Source of the DNA: Candidatus Roizmanbacteria bacterium CG_4_10_14_0_2_um_filter_39_13
Lineage (GTDB): Bacteria; Patescibacteriota; Microgenomatia; UBA1406; GWC2-37-13
Length of the DNA stretch: 58,443 bases
Direction of reading: 5' to 3'
NCBI GenBank assembly: GCA_002792315.1
Contig: PFOB01000019.1
Coordinates: 1-58,443, forward strand
The notes under the pieces are model-generated. The model was not told the DNA's origin, did no database searches, and saw only the letters and a program-made list of their open reading frames with translations. The first letter of the stretch is position 1. Each line of letters opens with the position of its first letter. Position numbers and translations under genes: made by a program. Shown one piece after another: positions 15,789-24,877 of this stretch.

Positions 15789-16316
15789 ATGATTGAGCAT
15801 GCTTCCGGTCTACTACAAGGTGCAGTAATTGATACAGCGAGAATAAAATCGACATCTTATTTAGATAGACTGATACAGGATTATCATCCGATCATGACTT
15901 CCTCTGGTCCAAACTACATTATTGAAGGAGGTGTTGCAGTAGCACTACATTATCCAAATTTTCGTTCGGAACCAAATGATATTGACATTATCGCTTTCGA
16001 TAAAAAAATAGTACAAAGCATGAGAAATGCACATAATGATTGGTGTGATGTGCATGATCCACGACAATGGTTTGGTGACAGAAATATACCATTTACTGTT
16101 GCTGGTCTTATTTATCTTCAACAGTCATTCACAAGAATTGATTTATTAAATGTGAAAGATACTGTTTATATTTTGAATCCTAGAGTTCTTGCTGCAAGTA
16201 AATTATTTCAATTTAGGGGAATGGAAATGCGACCAAAGGACCTATTCGATTTAATGAATCTCAATATTGGGAGACAAGATATCGAAGATGCAATGGTTGC
16301 ATTACAAGGAAAATAA
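15789..16316 (+). CDS. minimal nucleotidyltransferase-fold protein, AbiEii/DUF1814-like
   Basis: EGGVAVALHYPNFRSEPNDIDII (G[GS]...DxD NTase motif) and a C-terminal ASKLFQFRGMEMRPKDLFDLMNL (K..R..KDxFD block). 175 aa, flanked by AT-rich spacers. Confidence 0.4.
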   Translation: MIEHASGLLQGAVIDTARIKSTSYLDRLIQDYHPIMTSSGPNYIIEGGVAVALHYPNFRSEPNDIDIIAFDKKIVQSMRNAHNDWCDVHDPRQWFGDRNIPFTVAGLIYLQQSFTRIDLLNVKDTVYILNPRVLAASKLFQFRGMEMRPKDLFDLMNLNIGRQDIEDAMVALQGK

Positions 16317-16351
16317 TAAGAAGCACATAGAATAAACTACTTTTAAAGAAA

Positions 16352-17314
16352 TTACCTCAAATACTTCTCAATATTCCTCTGATGCTCTTCAAAGGTTTTT
16401 GAGTAATGCGTCGTGCCATTTGGTTCGGAAAGGTAAAAACGATACGGCGTATTTTCATCTGCATTTATTACTGCTTTAATTGACGAAATGCCAGGATTGC
16501 TGATAGGCGTCGGTGGAAGACCAATGTTTTTATACGTATTGTATTTTGAAGTATTTTTAAGATCTTCATAGGTAAGAGAGCTTTTCCACCAGCGATTCTC
16601 ACGAGCTTGGTATCCAAGTGCATACTGAATTGTTGCATCAACTTCGAGTGGATAATCTTCGCGGTATCGTCGTAAAAGAATACTTGCAACTTGTGTGCGG
16701 TCTTGGTCGAACTTCGCTTCGCGTTCGACTATTGAGGCAATGATGAGCATCTCTTCATCGGTTAAACCATTTGCACGTGCTTGTGTGCGCATTTCTTCGG
16801 TATATTTGGACTCAAACGTTGATCGCATTAACGCAATAATTTGTTCTGGTTCAGGATTTTTTGGGACCAGATAGGTATCTGGAAAGAGATACCCTTCATC
16901 AGCAAGTGTGTTGAATTCTGTTTCAGAAATATCAAATGTTTTTGACATAATCTCAGCAATTTCTTCCTTCCGTAATCCTTCTGGAACGGTGACCCAAATG
17001 TCAATCGTTCCATGGGTAAATTCATCAGCGATTTCATACGCGTTCATAGAGGGAGATAGTCGAAAATCTCCCGCTTGGATCTCTCGTTCAATCCCAAGCT
17101 GTTTAACTACCAAATAAAATACTATGCGATTTCGGATAAGACCCGCTTTCGAAAGATTATTGATAATTGAATCGAGATTTTCTCCCGGATCTACAACAAA
17201 AATAAGTGACTTTTCAGATTTACTGTTGACCGCCAAAGTTCCTTCTCGATAAAACAAATAACCGCCAATTGCAACAATGAGAAAAATAATAATAAGGATA
17301 AGGAATTTTTTCAT
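16352..17314 (-). CDS. mltG: endolytic murein transglycosylase MltG (YceG-like)
   Basis: N-terminal TM anchor, ASIVEREA catalytic-Glu block, and LPPTPISNPG. Confidence 0.85.
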   Translation of the reverse strand: MKKFLILIIIFLIVAIGGYLFYREGTLAVNSKSEKSLIFVVDPGENLDSIINNLSKAGLIRNRIVFYLVVKQLGIEREIQAGDFRLSPSMNAYEIADEFTHGTIDIWVTVPEGLRKEEIAEIMSKTFDISETEFNTLADEGYLFPDTYLVPKNPEPEQIIALMRSTFESKYTEEMRTQARANGLTDEEMLIIASIVEREAKFDQDRTQVASILLRRYREDYPLEVDATIQYALGYQARENRWWKSSLTYEDLKNTSKYNTYKNIGLPPTPISNPGISSIKAVINADENTPYRFYLSEPNGTTHYSKTFEEHQRNIEKYLR

Positions 17315-17320
17315 AGGTGA

Positions 17321-18577
17321 CTATTGAATAATAAATATGGGAAACGATTCGACGGTGTCAATTGCCTCTGAGAGACGTTGTTCGCTTGATGAATGGAATG
17401 TCATTAATGGACGTTTAGCTGACATATAATCTTTTCGCTTCACTAATAATTCAATGCCTGCTTTTTGATCCTTTGGCGCCCCAAGAATTTTTGCTATGGC
17501 GTTCAAATGGTAGTTGTTTATACTCATTATTGTACCAGATTTGTCCGAATAGACTTTTTTTTGGTGCTCTGCAGTTTCAATTGATTTCCATGTGACATTT
17601 GGATCTCCGTATTGAGCTTTGATAATTTTTCTAAATGCCTCAAGTGCTTTGCCGTTTTCAAGAAGCGATAAAGCTTCTTTATTACCATCCTTCTTAATTC
17701 TTTGTGTTTTATAACAAAGATCAAGGAGGAGACCAGCAAGTCTGAGTGAGCGTTTTTCAAGCTCAAGTGGTCGAGACTTATCTTGCTCAAGAACTTTCAT
17801 TACGTCAATTGCCTCAAGAGTTGGTCCAATCCCATATCCTGCTGGTTCATGGGTATGATTAATATCGACAACGACTTTGATGCCAAATTTCTCAGATATT
17901 TGCTCAAATTTACGCTTGACAATGAGCGCATCTTTTTCTGATTTTATTTTCATGGTCTTTCCGATCGGAAGATCAATTACAAGATGGTTTGTCGAGGCGG
18001 CTACTTTTTTTGCCATGATCGACACTATAAATTTGTCATATGATTCAAAAGATAGCGGCTCTTCAATCCGAATGATCACGTCATCTGCAGGAGCTATTCC
18101 CAAATGTCCTCCCCAGATAATACATCCACCAACCTCATGAACGATTTTGGTTACCTGTTCAGGAGAGAAGTTTACTTTTGCAAGAACTTCCATCACATCA
18201 GCGGTTCCTGCGGGAGAAGTAATTGCGCGTGAAGATGTTTTTGGAATGGTAAATCCAGCTGCAACAATAATGGGAACGATGATCATCGTAGCGCGTGTTC
18301 CGGCGATTCCACCAATAGAATGTTTGTCTGCCACAATACCAGGAAAATTGAGCTTTTCCCCCGTCTCAACCATTGCCTTGGTAAGATGAAAGAGTTCGTC
18401 TGGAGTAAATCCTTCGCTAAAACCAGCCGCCGCAAAATATGTGGTCAAAATATCTCCGAGCCTTTCAGTTGCGATCTGATCCATGACCGCATAAATCTCA
18501 CGATACGTAAGCGCCCCTCCTTTTAGTTTTTTTTGAATCGCTTCAAGCGCGATTAAATGTTCTTTTTTTTGATTCAT
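17321..18577 (-). CDS. thymidine-phosphorylase-family enzyme, archaeal AMP-phosphorylase-like subtype
   Basis: DKHSIGGIAG and KTSSRAITSPAGTADVMEVL blocks. The second resembles the archaeal AMP phosphorylase type more than the E. coli DeoA SGRGLGHTGGT block. Subtype judged from memory only. Confidence 0.7.
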   Translation of the reverse strand: MNQKKEHLIALEAIQKKLKGGALTYREIYAVMDQIATERLGDILTTYFAAAGFSEGFTPDELFHLTKAMVETGEKLNFPGIVADKHSIGGIAGTRATMIIVPIIVAAGFTIPKTSSRAITSPAGTADVMEVLAKVNFSPEQVTKIVHEVGGCIIWGGHLGIAPADDVIIRIEEPLSFESYDKFIVSIMAKKVAASTNHLVIDLPIGKTMKIKSEKDALIVKRKFEQISEKFGIKVVVDINHTHEPAGYGIGPTLEAIDVMKVLEQDKSRPLELEKRSLRLAGLLLDLCYKTQRIKKDGNKEALSLLENGKALEAFRKIIKAQYGDPNVTWKSIETAEHQKKVYSDKSGTIMSINNYHLNAIAKILGAPKDQKAGIELLVKRKDYMSAKRPLMTFHSSSEQRLSEAIDTVESFPIFIIQ

Positions 18578-18579
18578 AA

Positions 18580-20220
18580 TTACTCACTTCCATATTCAAC
18601 ACCTTTATAAACCTCAACTATTTTTTTTTGATATTCCCGTACCTTAAAGAACATTTTTGACAAAATATACATCTCTTTTATTCCAAAGAGCCAACTCAGG
18701 AATAAAAATATTACCGAATAAAATATAAATCCTACACCAAGAAGCATAAACACATTGAGCGTACGAGTTGTGTCAAATATCAACCCATCAAGGAGTCTCA
18801 TGAGAAAATACGTCAAAATAGTGGTATTAAATACGGCAATACCTATTTTAAATGTGCCCTTTCCGAGTGCTAAAATATTGAACCCACCAAGCTTCTTGTA
18901 AAGGAGGAGAATAAGAACCAGAGATCGCAAGCTCATCGTAATGGAGAATGAAAGGGCAAGTGACCATACCGGAAGCTTAAATACCAAGGTAAAAAGAATA
19001 CTCAGCGTTGCACTAAATATAATTGAGATCGCACTCACATAAAATGGCGTTTTAGTATCAAATATTGAGTAGAAACAACGAGTTAAGAAATAATATATCG
19101 CGTGAAGTGGGAGCGAAATTGCAAAATATGAAAGAGTTACTGCGGTCAATACCGTCGCATTCCAGTCAAATTTGTCTGCGCCAAAAAACAATCGCACCAT
19201 GGGAGTACGGGTAATAATCAAAAAAGCAGCAGCAGGAATAGTAAAGTAAAAGATGTTCAGAATTGACGTAACAATAATATCTTTAAATTCTCGATATTTC
19301 TTTTCTTGATACATGTCGGATAGATACGGAAGAGATGCTTGACCAAATGCCATTCCCACGACAGAAACAGGAAGAAGTTGTAGTCGTTGTGCAAGGTAAA
19401 AAACCGTATATGATCCTGGACCAAGAAGAGTTGCAAGGGTCAAATCAACCGTAGCATCAATCTGTGCAACAATTATTGTTAAGATTCGAGGCGCTGCAGT
19501 ACGGAAAAAACGCATTGATTCTTTAAAATGCTTGAGCACTGGTTTATAGCTAAACTCTGCAATATAAAAGACAGGAAGTTGGATGGCAAAAAATACTAGT
19601 GCTCCGACAACAACGCCAAGAATTGGTGCAAGAAGATGAAGTGACTCAGAAAACAAAGTAATACAAGCAATAATTGCAATATTGTACAGGATCGGTGCAA
19701 GAGCGGGAATCAAGAATGATTTTTTTGCTTGACTGATTGCAGTCAAGAAATTTCCTAAGACAAGAAATGGAAGTTGTCCAAGAAGAAGAATGCGAGAGTA
19801 AATAATCAATTGTTGCACTTGGAATTTGTCAAATCCAGGAGCAATAAGCGGCATTAATAGAGGCATGAGGACAACTAATATCACAATAAATGCCATGAGC
19901 AATATGCTTACCGTATTAATGATTGAAGAGATGATACTACTTTGTTCATTTTTACGTTTTTGATACTCGATAAAAAATGGTATGAAGGTGGTACTGAGAG
20001 CACCATTGATGAGAATTTCAAAAACTAAATCAGGAATACGAAATGCTGCATAAAAAATATCAAGTTCACTCGGACTAAAGTATCCTCCCAAAATTCTATA
20101 GCGCAAGAATCCCGCTATTCGTGAAAGGAGCATCATCCCGGCAAGAATCATTGTAGAAGACAGAATGCTTGTCTGTTGTTTAAAAATAAAACCTTTTGTT
20201 CGGGAAAGAAGTTTGTTCAT
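18580..20220 (-). CDS. murJ: lipid II flippase MurJ (MviN family)
   Basis: 546 aa and polytopic. N-terminal MLLSRIAGFLRYRILGGYF and FYAAFRIPD blocks are typical of MurJ. Confidence 0.85.
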   Translation of the reverse strand: MNKLLSRTKGFIFKQQTSILSSTMILAGMMLLSRIAGFLRYRILGGYFSPSELDIFYAAFRIPDLVFEILINGALSTTFIPFFIEYQKRKNEQSSIISSIINTVSILLMAFIVILVVLMPLLMPLIAPGFDKFQVQQLIIYSRILLLGQLPFLVLGNFLTAISQAKKSFLIPALAPILYNIAIIACITLFSESLHLLAPILGVVVGALVFFAIQLPVFYIAEFSYKPVLKHFKESMRFFRTAAPRILTIIVAQIDATVDLTLATLLGPGSYTVFYLAQRLQLLPVSVVGMAFGQASLPYLSDMYQEKKYREFKDIIVTSILNIFYFTIPAAAFLIITRTPMVRLFFGADKFDWNATVLTAVTLSYFAISLPLHAIYYFLTRCFYSIFDTKTPFYVSAISIIFSATLSILFTLVFKLPVWSLALSFSITMSLRSLVLILLLYKKLGGFNILALGKGTFKIGIAVFNTTILTYFLMRLLDGLIFDTTRTLNVFMLLGVGFIFYSVIFLFLSWLFGIKEMYILSKMFFKVREYQKKIVEVYKGVEYGSE

Positions 20221-20315
20221 ATTGTTCTTTTATCACAATCAATTATGCAAATACTAGATTTTATTATAGACCATTCATTCGGGCAAAAACAGCTGATTTT
20301 TCGCCTCCTTCCTTC

Positions 20316-20344
20316 TTGACTTCTTGTTTTGTATGGCGCATAAT
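20316..20344 (+). promoter_or_regulatory. sigma70-type promoter TTGACT-N17-CATAAT of the mraZ (dcw) operon
   Basis: TTGACT at 20316-20321, 17-nt spacer, CATAAT at 20339-20344. An ATG at 20353 lies 8 nt downstream. Confidence 0.5.
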
Positions 20345-20346
20345 GG

Positions 20347-20751
20347 TTGCATATGGTGTTTTATGGTGAGTTCTCGGTTTCGATCACCGCAGGGGGAAGA
20401 ATAGCACTTCCCAAAAAAGTTCGTGAACTTTTGACGAACAATTTATTTGTTGTCACCAAAGGATTTGGGTCATGTTTAGCAGGGTACGACAAACGCGATT
20501 GGGAAGAGCGTGCAGATTCATTATTAGACGTTTCGCTATTAGACATGGATCAGATCGGGAAACGGCGATCACTCTTTTCATCAACGGTTTATATAGAACT
20601 TGATGATCAGGGACGAGCAGTATTGCCAAATGGACTTTTACAATTTGCAGACTTACAGACGAAAGCAGTGATAGTAGGGGTTGGAGATCACTTTGAAATA
20701 TGGAATACGAAGAGATGGAGCGATTATATGAACACAATTGAAACAACATGA
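20347..20751 (+). CDS. mraZ: transcriptional regulator MraZ
   Basis: Two SpoVT/AbrB-like repeats (GGRIALPKKVRE and QGRAVLPNGLLQF). First gene of the dcw block. The real start may be ATG 20353 rather than TTG 20347. Confidence 0.85.
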   Translation: MHMVFYGEFSVSITAGGRIALPKKVRELLTNNLFVVTKGFGSCLAGYDKRDWEERADSLLDVSLLDMDQIGKRRSLFSSTVYIELDDQGRAVLPNGLLQFADLQTKAVIVGVGDHFEIWNTKRWSDYMNTIETT

Positions 20752-21584
20752 GAAATAAACATACACCCGTATTTTTAAATGAGGCAGTCGATGCTCTCGA
20801 AATCCAAAATGAGGGAAGATACATCGATGCGACCTATGGAGAAGGAGGCCATTCACAAGAAATAATTGCTCGTGGAGGTCGACTTTTGGCAATTGACGCA
20901 GATCGGAATCAAGTAAAAAAAAGCATTGATTCTATCAATGTTGTTCAGGGCAACTTTGCAGATATTCAACAGATTGCTGAGTCACATTCATTTACCCCGG
21001 TTTCCGGAGTATTGTTTGATTTTGGATTGTCTATGGGACAAATTCGAGAAGGCGGAAAAGGATTTTCATTTGAAAGGAGAGATGACCCACTCGATATGCG
21101 CCTCAAAGAAACGGGTATGACGGTTGCTGAATATTTACAAAGTACCGATCCTGAAACGCTTACTTATGAACTAATGAAATATTCAGAAGATATATATTCA
21201 CCAAAAATTGCTCGAAAAATTATTCAGATGAGATCATCAGAACCTATTGAGAAGGTTCAAGATTTAATAACAATTATTGATTCAGTAATAAAAGCAGACA
21301 TGAATACGCAGAAAAAAAGTTATGCTCGAATCTTTCAAGCACTGAGGATTATTGTCAATGATGAGATGAATAATATTAAAAAAGGATTACAAGGGGCGCT
21401 AAACATTACAAAGAAGAATGGAAAAATTGTCATTATTACCTTCCATTCACTTGAGGATCGAATTGTGAAATCCTTTGCACGAAATGGTGAGTTGGGAGAA
21501 GAATCGGTCATTCATGTTGAAAAAAATCGAAGATTGGCACCATTTGAGCGTTCGGCAGTGTTACGAGTTTTAACCATAAAATGA
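20748..21584 (+). CDS. rsmH: 16S rRNA (cytosine1402-N4)-methyltransferase
   Basis: HTPVFLNEAVDAL, DATYGEGGHS and FHSLEDRIVK. 4-nt overlap with mraZ. Confidence 0.9.
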   Translation: MRNKHTPVFLNEAVDALEIQNEGRYIDATYGEGGHSQEIIARGGRLLAIDADRNQVKKSIDSINVVQGNFADIQQIAESHSFTPVSGVLFDFGLSMGQIREGGKGFSFERRDDPLDMRLKETGMTVAEYLQSTDPETLTYELMKYSEDIYSPKIARKIIQMRSSEPIEKVQDLITIIDSVIKADMNTQKKSYARIFQALRIIVNDEMNNIKKGLQGALNITKKNGKIVIITFHSLEDRIVKSFARNGELGEESVIHVEKNRRLAPFERSAVLRVLTIK

Positions 21585-21856
21585 GATTATCAATAAATAC
21601 AACCATCATTGGAATAATAGTTCTCCTCATCGGCGTTAATATCGCCATTTTTATTCAAGGAATCAAGTTGGGAAATGAAATTAGTTTTTATGAAACAGAA
21701 ATTGCTTCCTTAAATCAAGAAAATATTGAATCGGAACAAGCAATTTACAAACTTGAATCACATGTCTGGACGGCATCACTTGCTGCAGAGCTTGAGTATG
21801 GAAAATATAATGCTCCGATGTATTCTCAACTTCCAAAGTACGCTCGGAATAAATAA
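21581..21856 (+). CDS. ftsL: FtsL/DivIC-like division protein (TM + coiled coil)
   Basis: 91 aa with one N-terminal TM followed by a heptad-like segment. Occupies the canonical position between rsmH and ftsI. Confidence 0.5.
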   Translation: MRLSINTTIIGIIVLLIGVNIAIFIQGIKLGNEISFYETEIASLNQENIESEQAIYKLESHVWTASLAAELEYGKYNAPMYSQLPKYARNK

Positions 21857-21911
21857 TCCTACTTAAGTTCTCCCTCAATAGAAAAATTTTCAGCTACAAT
21901 TACAATATTGT

Positions 21912-23567
21912 ATGAATAAACTTCGAATTCTTTTTTTCTTTTTCCTTTTTGGATTTATTGCGATTACCATACGCCTATTTTATATTCAGGTTATTTCGCC
22001 TGAATTTTATTCTGCAGACTATACAAAAACGAGTAGAATTGAGCCAAATCGAGGGAGGATTTTTGATCGAAATCATGATCCAATTGCGCTTAATCAGACG
22101 AAATATCGATTGTTTGTTGAGCCAAAAAAGGTTGAAGATAGAGATTATTTAATTCAGCTTCTTGAGGACGAACTTAAAATGGATGAGGCCACGCTTGAGG
22201 CGCGAATTGATATGTCCAAGGACTGGGTTGCAATACAAAGTAATTTGGACAAAGAAACAAAAGAAAAATTGGAAAGCTATGATCTCAAGGATTTTGGCTT
22301 TGAGCAAGAACAACAACGGTACTATCCTGAGGCATCACTTGCTGCTCATCTCGTCGGTTTTTTAGGAAAAGATTCTGACAGCGAGTCAATAGGATACTTT
22401 GGCATAGAAGGATTCTATGATAAAGATCTCACTGGTCTTCCCGGAGTGTTAAAGTCTGAGAGGGATATGTTTGGTCGTCCAATATTTAGTGGAAATCAGG
22501 AGCGTGTGGAGGCTGAAGATGGCCGTGATATTGTATTGACGATTGATAAGTCAGTACAACAAATCATAAAAGAGCATTTAAAAAAAGGCGTTGAACGATT
22601 TAAGGCAAAATCAGGCTGCGTAATTGCAGCAGATCCAGCTACGATGGAACTTCTTGGACTCGTGTGTCTCCCTGATTTTGATCCCGAGCATTACTTTGAG
22701 TTTACTGAAGGAGATTTTATAAATTGGACAATCTCGAGCGTATATGAGCCAGGATCTACTTTTAAACCATTAATTGTTGCCGCAGCTATAGAAGAAGGGT
22801 TAGTAAAGCCAAACGATTTGTTCAACGAAAAAGGACCGGTTAAAATTGGCAATTATACTATTCGAAATTGGGATGATAAATACGATGGCAAAATCACCAT
22901 CACTCATATATTAGAAAAATCTTCAAATGTAGGAATGGTATACATCGGCAGCAAGCTTGGAAAAGAAAAAATGCATGAATATATTAGCAAGTATGGATTT
23001 GGGAGCAAGACGCAGATTGATCTTCAAGGAGAGTCCTCTGGTCAGATCAAGCCGTTGAGCGCGTGGTATCCAATTGATGAAGCAACTATGCCGTTTGGTC
23101 AGGGAATATCAGTAACGGGAATTCAACTAGTCCGAGCATTTGCCTCACTTATTAATGGGGGTAATTTGATGAGACCACATGTTGTTAAAGAGGTACAAGA
23201 AGGTGACAAAGTAAAAATTCGTGAACCAGAAGTTCAAAAAAAGGTCTTAAGCGAGAAAACATCTCATACCATTAAAAATATGTTGGTGTCGGTTGTCAAT
23301 AATGCTGAAGCAAAATGGCATATGCCAGAAGGATATACTTTTGGAGGGAAGACGGGAACAGCGCAAATTGCGGTAAAAGGCTCGTATGATATTTCAAAAA
23401 CCATTGCTTCATTCATTGGATTTGCTCCTGCAGAAGATCCAGCATTTCTCATGCTGGTGGTCATACAAGAACCAGAATCATCTAGTTGGGGCTCAGAGAC
23501 TGCTGCGCCACTTTTTTTTGAAATTGCTGAGGATTTATTAATTTATCTCAATGTTCAGCCGTCATAG
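21912..23567 (+). CDS. ftsI: class B penicillin-binding protein (FtsI/PBP3-like)
   Basis: N-terminal TM and PBP dimerisation region. Motifs STFKP (SxxK), SSN and KTGTA. Confidence 0.85.
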   Translation: MNKLRILFFFFLFGFIAITIRLFYIQVISPEFYSADYTKTSRIEPNRGRIFDRNHDPIALNQTKYRLFVEPKKVEDRDYLIQLLEDELKMDEATLEARIDMSKDWVAIQSNLDKETKEKLESYDLKDFGFEQEQQRYYPEASLAAHLVGFLGKDSDSESIGYFGIEGFYDKDLTGLPGVLKSERDMFGRPIFSGNQERVEAEDGRDIVLTIDKSVQQIIKEHLKKGVERFKAKSGCVIAADPATMELLGLVCLPDFDPEHYFEFTEGDFINWTISSVYEPGSTFKPLIVAAAIEEGLVKPNDLFNEKGPVKIGNYTIRNWDDKYDGKITITHILEKSSNVGMVYIGSKLGKEKMHEYISKYGFGSKTQIDLQGESSGQIKPLSAWYPIDEATMPFGQGISVTGIQLVRAFASLINGGNLMRPHVVKEVQEGDKVKIREPEVQKKVLSEKTSHTIKNMLVSVVNNAEAKWHMPEGYTFGGKTGTAQIAVKGSYDISKTIASFIGFAPAEDPAFLMLVVIQEPESSSWGSETAAPLFFEIAEDLLIYLNVQPS

Positions 23568-23650
23568 TATATACATACATTATTAATTTCTCTGCGGTTG
23601 TATATGAAGCTATTATTCTAATTAATTGGAAGGTATAATTAAGCTAAATT

Positions 23651-24877
23651 ATGGCAAATATTTTTCAGCGAATAAAAAATATCGGACATTTATTGGTGGC
23701 AATTTTTGCAAATATTTATTATCGATTTCCAAGCAAAGAAATTAAAGTAATCGGTGTCACGGGAACCGATGGAAAGACTACTACGGCTAATCTTATTTAT
23801 CACATCCTATCTTCAAGCGGTAAAAAAGCTTCTATCATTTCAACCGTTTCTGCAAAGATTGGAACTCATGAGCACGACACGGGATTCCATGTCACAACAC
23901 CATCCTCTTTCGGAGTGCAAAAATATATTCGTCAGGCAGTTGAAGAGGGTTCAGAATACTTTGTTCTTGAAACAACGTCACATGCTCTTGATCAAAATCG
24001 GGTGTTTGGCGTGAAGTATGATGTGTCATTGATAACCAATATTACCCACGAACATCTTCTGTATCATGGTTCATTTGAACATTACGTTAAAACAAAAGTA
24101 CAGTTGGCACATTGTTCAAAAAAAACATTCATAAATATTGACGATGAATCATATGATTATATTTTAAAATATATTGGAGATGCTCATGTTGAGACATATG
24201 GTCTTCATGACAATGCAGAACATTCAGCTGATATCTCAAAAAAGATAGATAAAAAACTTGCTCATTTTAATAAATACAATTATCTTGCCGCATATTTGGT
24301 TTGCAAAGAGCTTCATATCAATGAAGATAAGATAATTCACGCGATGAAGACGTATGTGCTTCCCTCAGGAAGACTTGAAGTTGTCTATGATAAAGACTTC
24401 TTGGTTATTGTAGATTTTGCACATACTCCAAACGCGATAGATTCTGTCTTATCTTCGATCCGAAGTGATTATGTATCAAAAGGAAGATTGATACACATTT
24501 TTGGAGCTGCAGCATTTCGCGATGATGAAAAGAGAGCACCAATGGGACGAGCAAGCGCAAAGTACTCAGATCTTGTCATTCTCACCGAAGAAGATTACCG
24601 AACAGAAGATCCGTTTGATATTGCAAGTCAGATTGCAAAGGGGCTTGATGAAAAAGGTTTCAAAGGAGTTGGTCAAGATGAGTTTGGTACGGAAGTAAAG
24701 CAGTATGCAGTCATCATTGATCGACTTGAAGCAATTATGAAAGCATTCGAAATTGCGAAAAAAAATGATGTAATTATATTAACCGGAAAAGGACATGAAA
24801 TGAGTCTGAACAGAAATGGGAAAGAGTATCATTGGAATGATAAACAAGAGATCACAAAAATACTTCGCTCATCATGA
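23651..24877 (+). CDS. murE: MurE-like Mur ligase lacking the usual N-terminal domain
   Basis: P-loop GVTGTDGKTTT already at aa 35-45. TSHALDQNRV, NITHEHLLYHGS, DFAHTPNA and GKGHE are MurE-type blocks. Only 408 aa. Confidence 0.65.
   Translation: MANIFQRIKNIGHLLVAIFANIYYRFPSKEIKVIGVTGTDGKTTTANLIYHILSSSGKKASIISTVSAKIGTHEHDTGFHVTTPSSFGVQKYIRQAVEEGSEYFVLETTSHALDQNRVFGVKYDVSLITNITHEHLLYHGSFEHYVKTKVQLAHCSKKTFINIDDESYDYILKYIGDAHVETYGLHDNAEHSADISKKIDKKLAHFNKYNYLAAYLVCKELHINEDKIIHAMKTYVLPSGRLEVVYDKDFLVIVDFAHTPNAIDSVLSSIRSDYVSKGRLIHIFGAAAFRDDEKRAPMGRASAKYSDLVILTEEDYRTEDPFDIASQIAKGLDEKGFKGVGQDEFGTEVKQYAVIIDRLEAIMKAFEIAKKNDVIILTGKGHEMSLNRNGKEYHWNDKQEITKILRSS

Noticed and set aside
20221-20315. MraZ-box direct repeats upstream of the mraZ promoter
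   Set aside because: I looked for regularly spaced GTGGG/TGGGN-like repeats and found none convincing by eye. The binding motif of this lineage is unknown, so absence is not established.
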